A stretch of DNA of 63,231 nucleotides, filler included, from Klebsormidium nitens (lineage: Eukaryota > Plantae > Klebsormidiophyceae): the NCBI GenBank assembly GCA_000708835.1. It is 4 parts of 4 records of this genome, joined end to end, with 100 filler letters (N's around TTAATTAATTAA, not from the genome) between each part and the next. Parts side by side here need not be neighbours in the genome. Positions count along the whole stretch, not along the records: positions 60,716 to 63,231 come from DF238517.1; 3 more parts are not named here. The stretch is one strand, 5' to 3'. Position numbers and translations under genes: made by a program. Positions 61,520 to 63,231 of this stretch are shown here, in pieces; positions within the stretch are counted from its first letter, which is position 1; each line of letters starts with the position of its first letter. Under the pieces are notes generated by a model, which was not told the origin of the DNA, made no database searches, and saw only the letters and a list, made by a program, of their open reading frames with translations.

Positions 61520-63231
61520 ATGCAAGCCGCCAACATCCCTTGCTCTCTCGAGCACACCATTGACGCCCCTGCAATCGAGGCCCCAGAGGCTTTGCCCCTG
61601 AGGGAGGAGGATGCTGCGACCCACGGCGCCCCTGACGTCAGGCCGGCGCCGTCCAACGTTTTGAGCATCAAGGATGAGATATTGCGCCTCGCTGACCACG
61701 GACTGTATGGAATCCCTGTGCACATCAAGATCAATGCTCGAGGCAAGAAGCAGAGCCGGTTTCCTTCCACCTACGCGCACATCGTCACTGTGGGCAATTG
61801 GGAGGAGCACATCGGCGCAGTGCTCGATGCATTTGAAAACCCCAACGGAGTGGCCATACTGACCGGCACGAGTGGCCTATTCGTCATCGATATCGACGTG
61901 GGAGAGAGCAGCAATAAGAAGTCGGGGATGGAATTCTGGCACGGGCAAGTGATGGAGTATGGGGAGCCTGAGACTCTCTCCGTTCGCACGGGCTCTGGAG
62001 GCCTCCACTACTACTTTCGGCTCGATAAAACCACCGGCTTGCACGAAACTACCAATTTTGCTGGACTCACGCTCGATGGGCAAAAGTTCGGCGTCGACGG
62101 GCGCGGCACCGGAGGGGTGATTTTTGCACCCCCGAGCAGGTACGGAGAAGGCAAGGATACACACCGCGAGTACACGTGGGTGGCCGGAGGTGATGGTACG
62201 GTTAAGGGTATGGCCCCGTGGCTCGTGAGCCTGATCAACCGAGGGCGCGCCTTTGAAGGGTTCTCGAGAAATGCAAATGGCCAAGTGCCTCACCGTGATG
62301 AAGCCGATTCCGAGGAGATCGTGCCAGAGGCCGTCGACGACGCAGAGGTTGGCGGTTCTTTGGCCAAGGCGGCTCCGGGCTTGGCGCACAAGGAAGTGAA
62401 GCAATTGGTGAGGGAGAAGGCGAAGGATTGCTGTTCCTTCTATACCGGCTCGACCATCCTACCGGACGGCAACAGATCGTTTCAGTTCAGGGTCAAGGGG
62501 TCGCGACAATGCTACCTGGGAAAAACGCATAGAGGGTCCAACAACTTCACGGTGATTCAAGGGTGCACCGGTGACTTTCAAGAGCTCTACTACAACTGCT
62601 TCGGGTCCCATTGCTGTGGCAGCAAGCCGAAGCTGCTGGGGCGTCTCACGATAGCCGGTGCTCTCGAGCAAGCTGGGGGTGGTGCTTTTGGACCCAAGGA
62701 TCAGCAGCCGTCGAGCCTCACTAAGCTGGCCGCTAGGTTCTCCGACCCGTTCATGCTGTCAAACGTGAGTAAGAGCGATATTGGTAGTGCTTTGATATTC
62801 AGCAAACTGTTCGAGCATGACAGGCGGGTCGTGTATGACTCAGGGAGATTCTGGACGTGGGATGCGACGAGTTGGGTGCCGTCCGATACGGAAGCAGCTC
62901 TGCTGAAGACCTCGTTTATGTACCACATGGGACGAGTCAAATCGTTTTGGTGCGATCGGCTGGAATGTGCTGTTGCCGAAAAGGTTCGGCCGTTGACGAC
63001 TCGCAGAGACAATGCTCTGAACGAACTGCAGTCCCAGGCCTCGGAGAGTGCGGACAAGAGCGAGAAGGGTGTCTTGAAGGGCATTCAAAAGGCGGAGAAG
63101 GCTATCATGGCAGACTTCGACATGGAGATGAAGAAGATACCCGAACCGGTGTGGCGTGGGGCAGCGGTCGAGTCTGTTCCCATCGCTCAAAGGTGTCTCA
63201 TTCCTTTGAAAGTGAATCTACGAGTGCGGGA
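61520..63231 (+). CDS. Prim-Pol primase-polymerase fused to a Zn-binding-like module and D5_N-like domain (D5-type primase-helicase N-terminal part); 3'-incomplete
   Basis: Translated by hand: 570 codons with no stop to the window end and no introns. Motifs: NGVAILTGTSGLFVIDID (DxD), VRTGSGGLHYYF, VDGRGTGGVIFAPPS, CYLGKTHRGSNN...YYNCFGSHC, and GSALIFSKLFEHDRRVVYDSGRFWTWDATSW. Confidence 0.88.
   Translation, partial: MQAANIPCSLEHTIDAPAIEAPEALPLREEDAATHGAPDVRPAPSNVLSIKDEILRLADHGLYGIPVHIKINARGKKQSRFPSTYAHIVTVGNWEEHIGAVLDAFENPNGVAILTGTSGLFVIDIDVGESSNKKSGMEFWHGQVMEYGEPETLSVRTGSGGLHYYFRLDKTTGLHETTNFAGLTLDGQKFGVDGRGTGGVIFAPPSRYGEGKDTHREYTWVAGGDGTVKGMAPWLVSLINRGRAFEGFSRNANGQVPHRDEADSEEIVPEAVDDAEVGGSLAKAAPGLAHKEVKQLVREKAKDCCSFYTGSTILPDGNRSFQFRVKGSRQCYLGKTHRGSNNFTVIQGCTGDFQELYYNCFGSHCCGSKPKLLGRLTIAGALEQAGGGAFGPKDQQPSSLTKLAARFSDPFMLSNVSKSDIGSALIFSKLFEHDRRVVYDSGRFWTWDATSWVPSDTEAALLKTSFMYHMGRVKSFWCDRLECAVAEKVRPLTTRRDNALNELQSQASESADKSEKGVLKGIQKAEKAIMADFDMEMKKIPEPVWRGAAVESVPIAQRCLIPLKVNLRVR

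Larger units (their letters stand above)
60716..63231. mobile_element. Integrated virus-like or self-replicating element (YR plus primase-helicase module); both ends unresolved
   Basis: Three tightly packed intronless ORFs with moderate GC, unlike the GC-rich, intron-rich host genes. Integrase plus replicase gene pair. Confidence 0.72.

Noticed and set aside
57100-63231. Capsid, packaging ATPase or protein-primed PolB genes that would prove a virus
   Set aside because: No such motifs were recognised in the window, so viral identity remains an inference.

Overview
This window is eukaryotic nuclear DNA from a green-lineage organism. A streptophyte (charophyte-type) alga is my inference, based on plant-type AHAS small subunit, nitrate reductase, PP1 and PBCP genes with GC-rich exons and GT-AG introns. 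It has three blocks. (1) 1-14 kb is a nest of degenerate Ty1/Copia retroelements with two solo LTRs, a gag-protease-only element and a Ty3/Gypsy-like relic. (2) 15-43 kb holds seven intact-looking multi-exon housekeeping genes: AHAS small subunit, nitrate reductase, PP1, EMG1/NEP1, RPF1, a HAD nucleotidase and PBCP. (3) 44-63 kb is a lower-GC, repeat-rich accessory block with a minisatellite, MITE-like inverted repeats, tRNA-derived Pol III heads, an intron-containing FkbM methyltransferase and an intron-containing Prim-Pol relic. At the right edge is a compact intronless module: tyrosine recombinase, a small Cys-rich ORF, and an uninterrupted Prim-Pol/Zn/D5-N ORF of at least 570 codons. That ORF is missing from the supplied track, presumably because it runs off the window. 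This module is the best candidate for a novel system: an integrated Polinton-like-virus/NCLDV-related or capsid-less self-replicating YR element. No capsid, packaging ATPase or helicase P-loop is visible inside the window. All calls come from manual motif reading; no searches were run, and exon boundaries and identities are estimates by eye.
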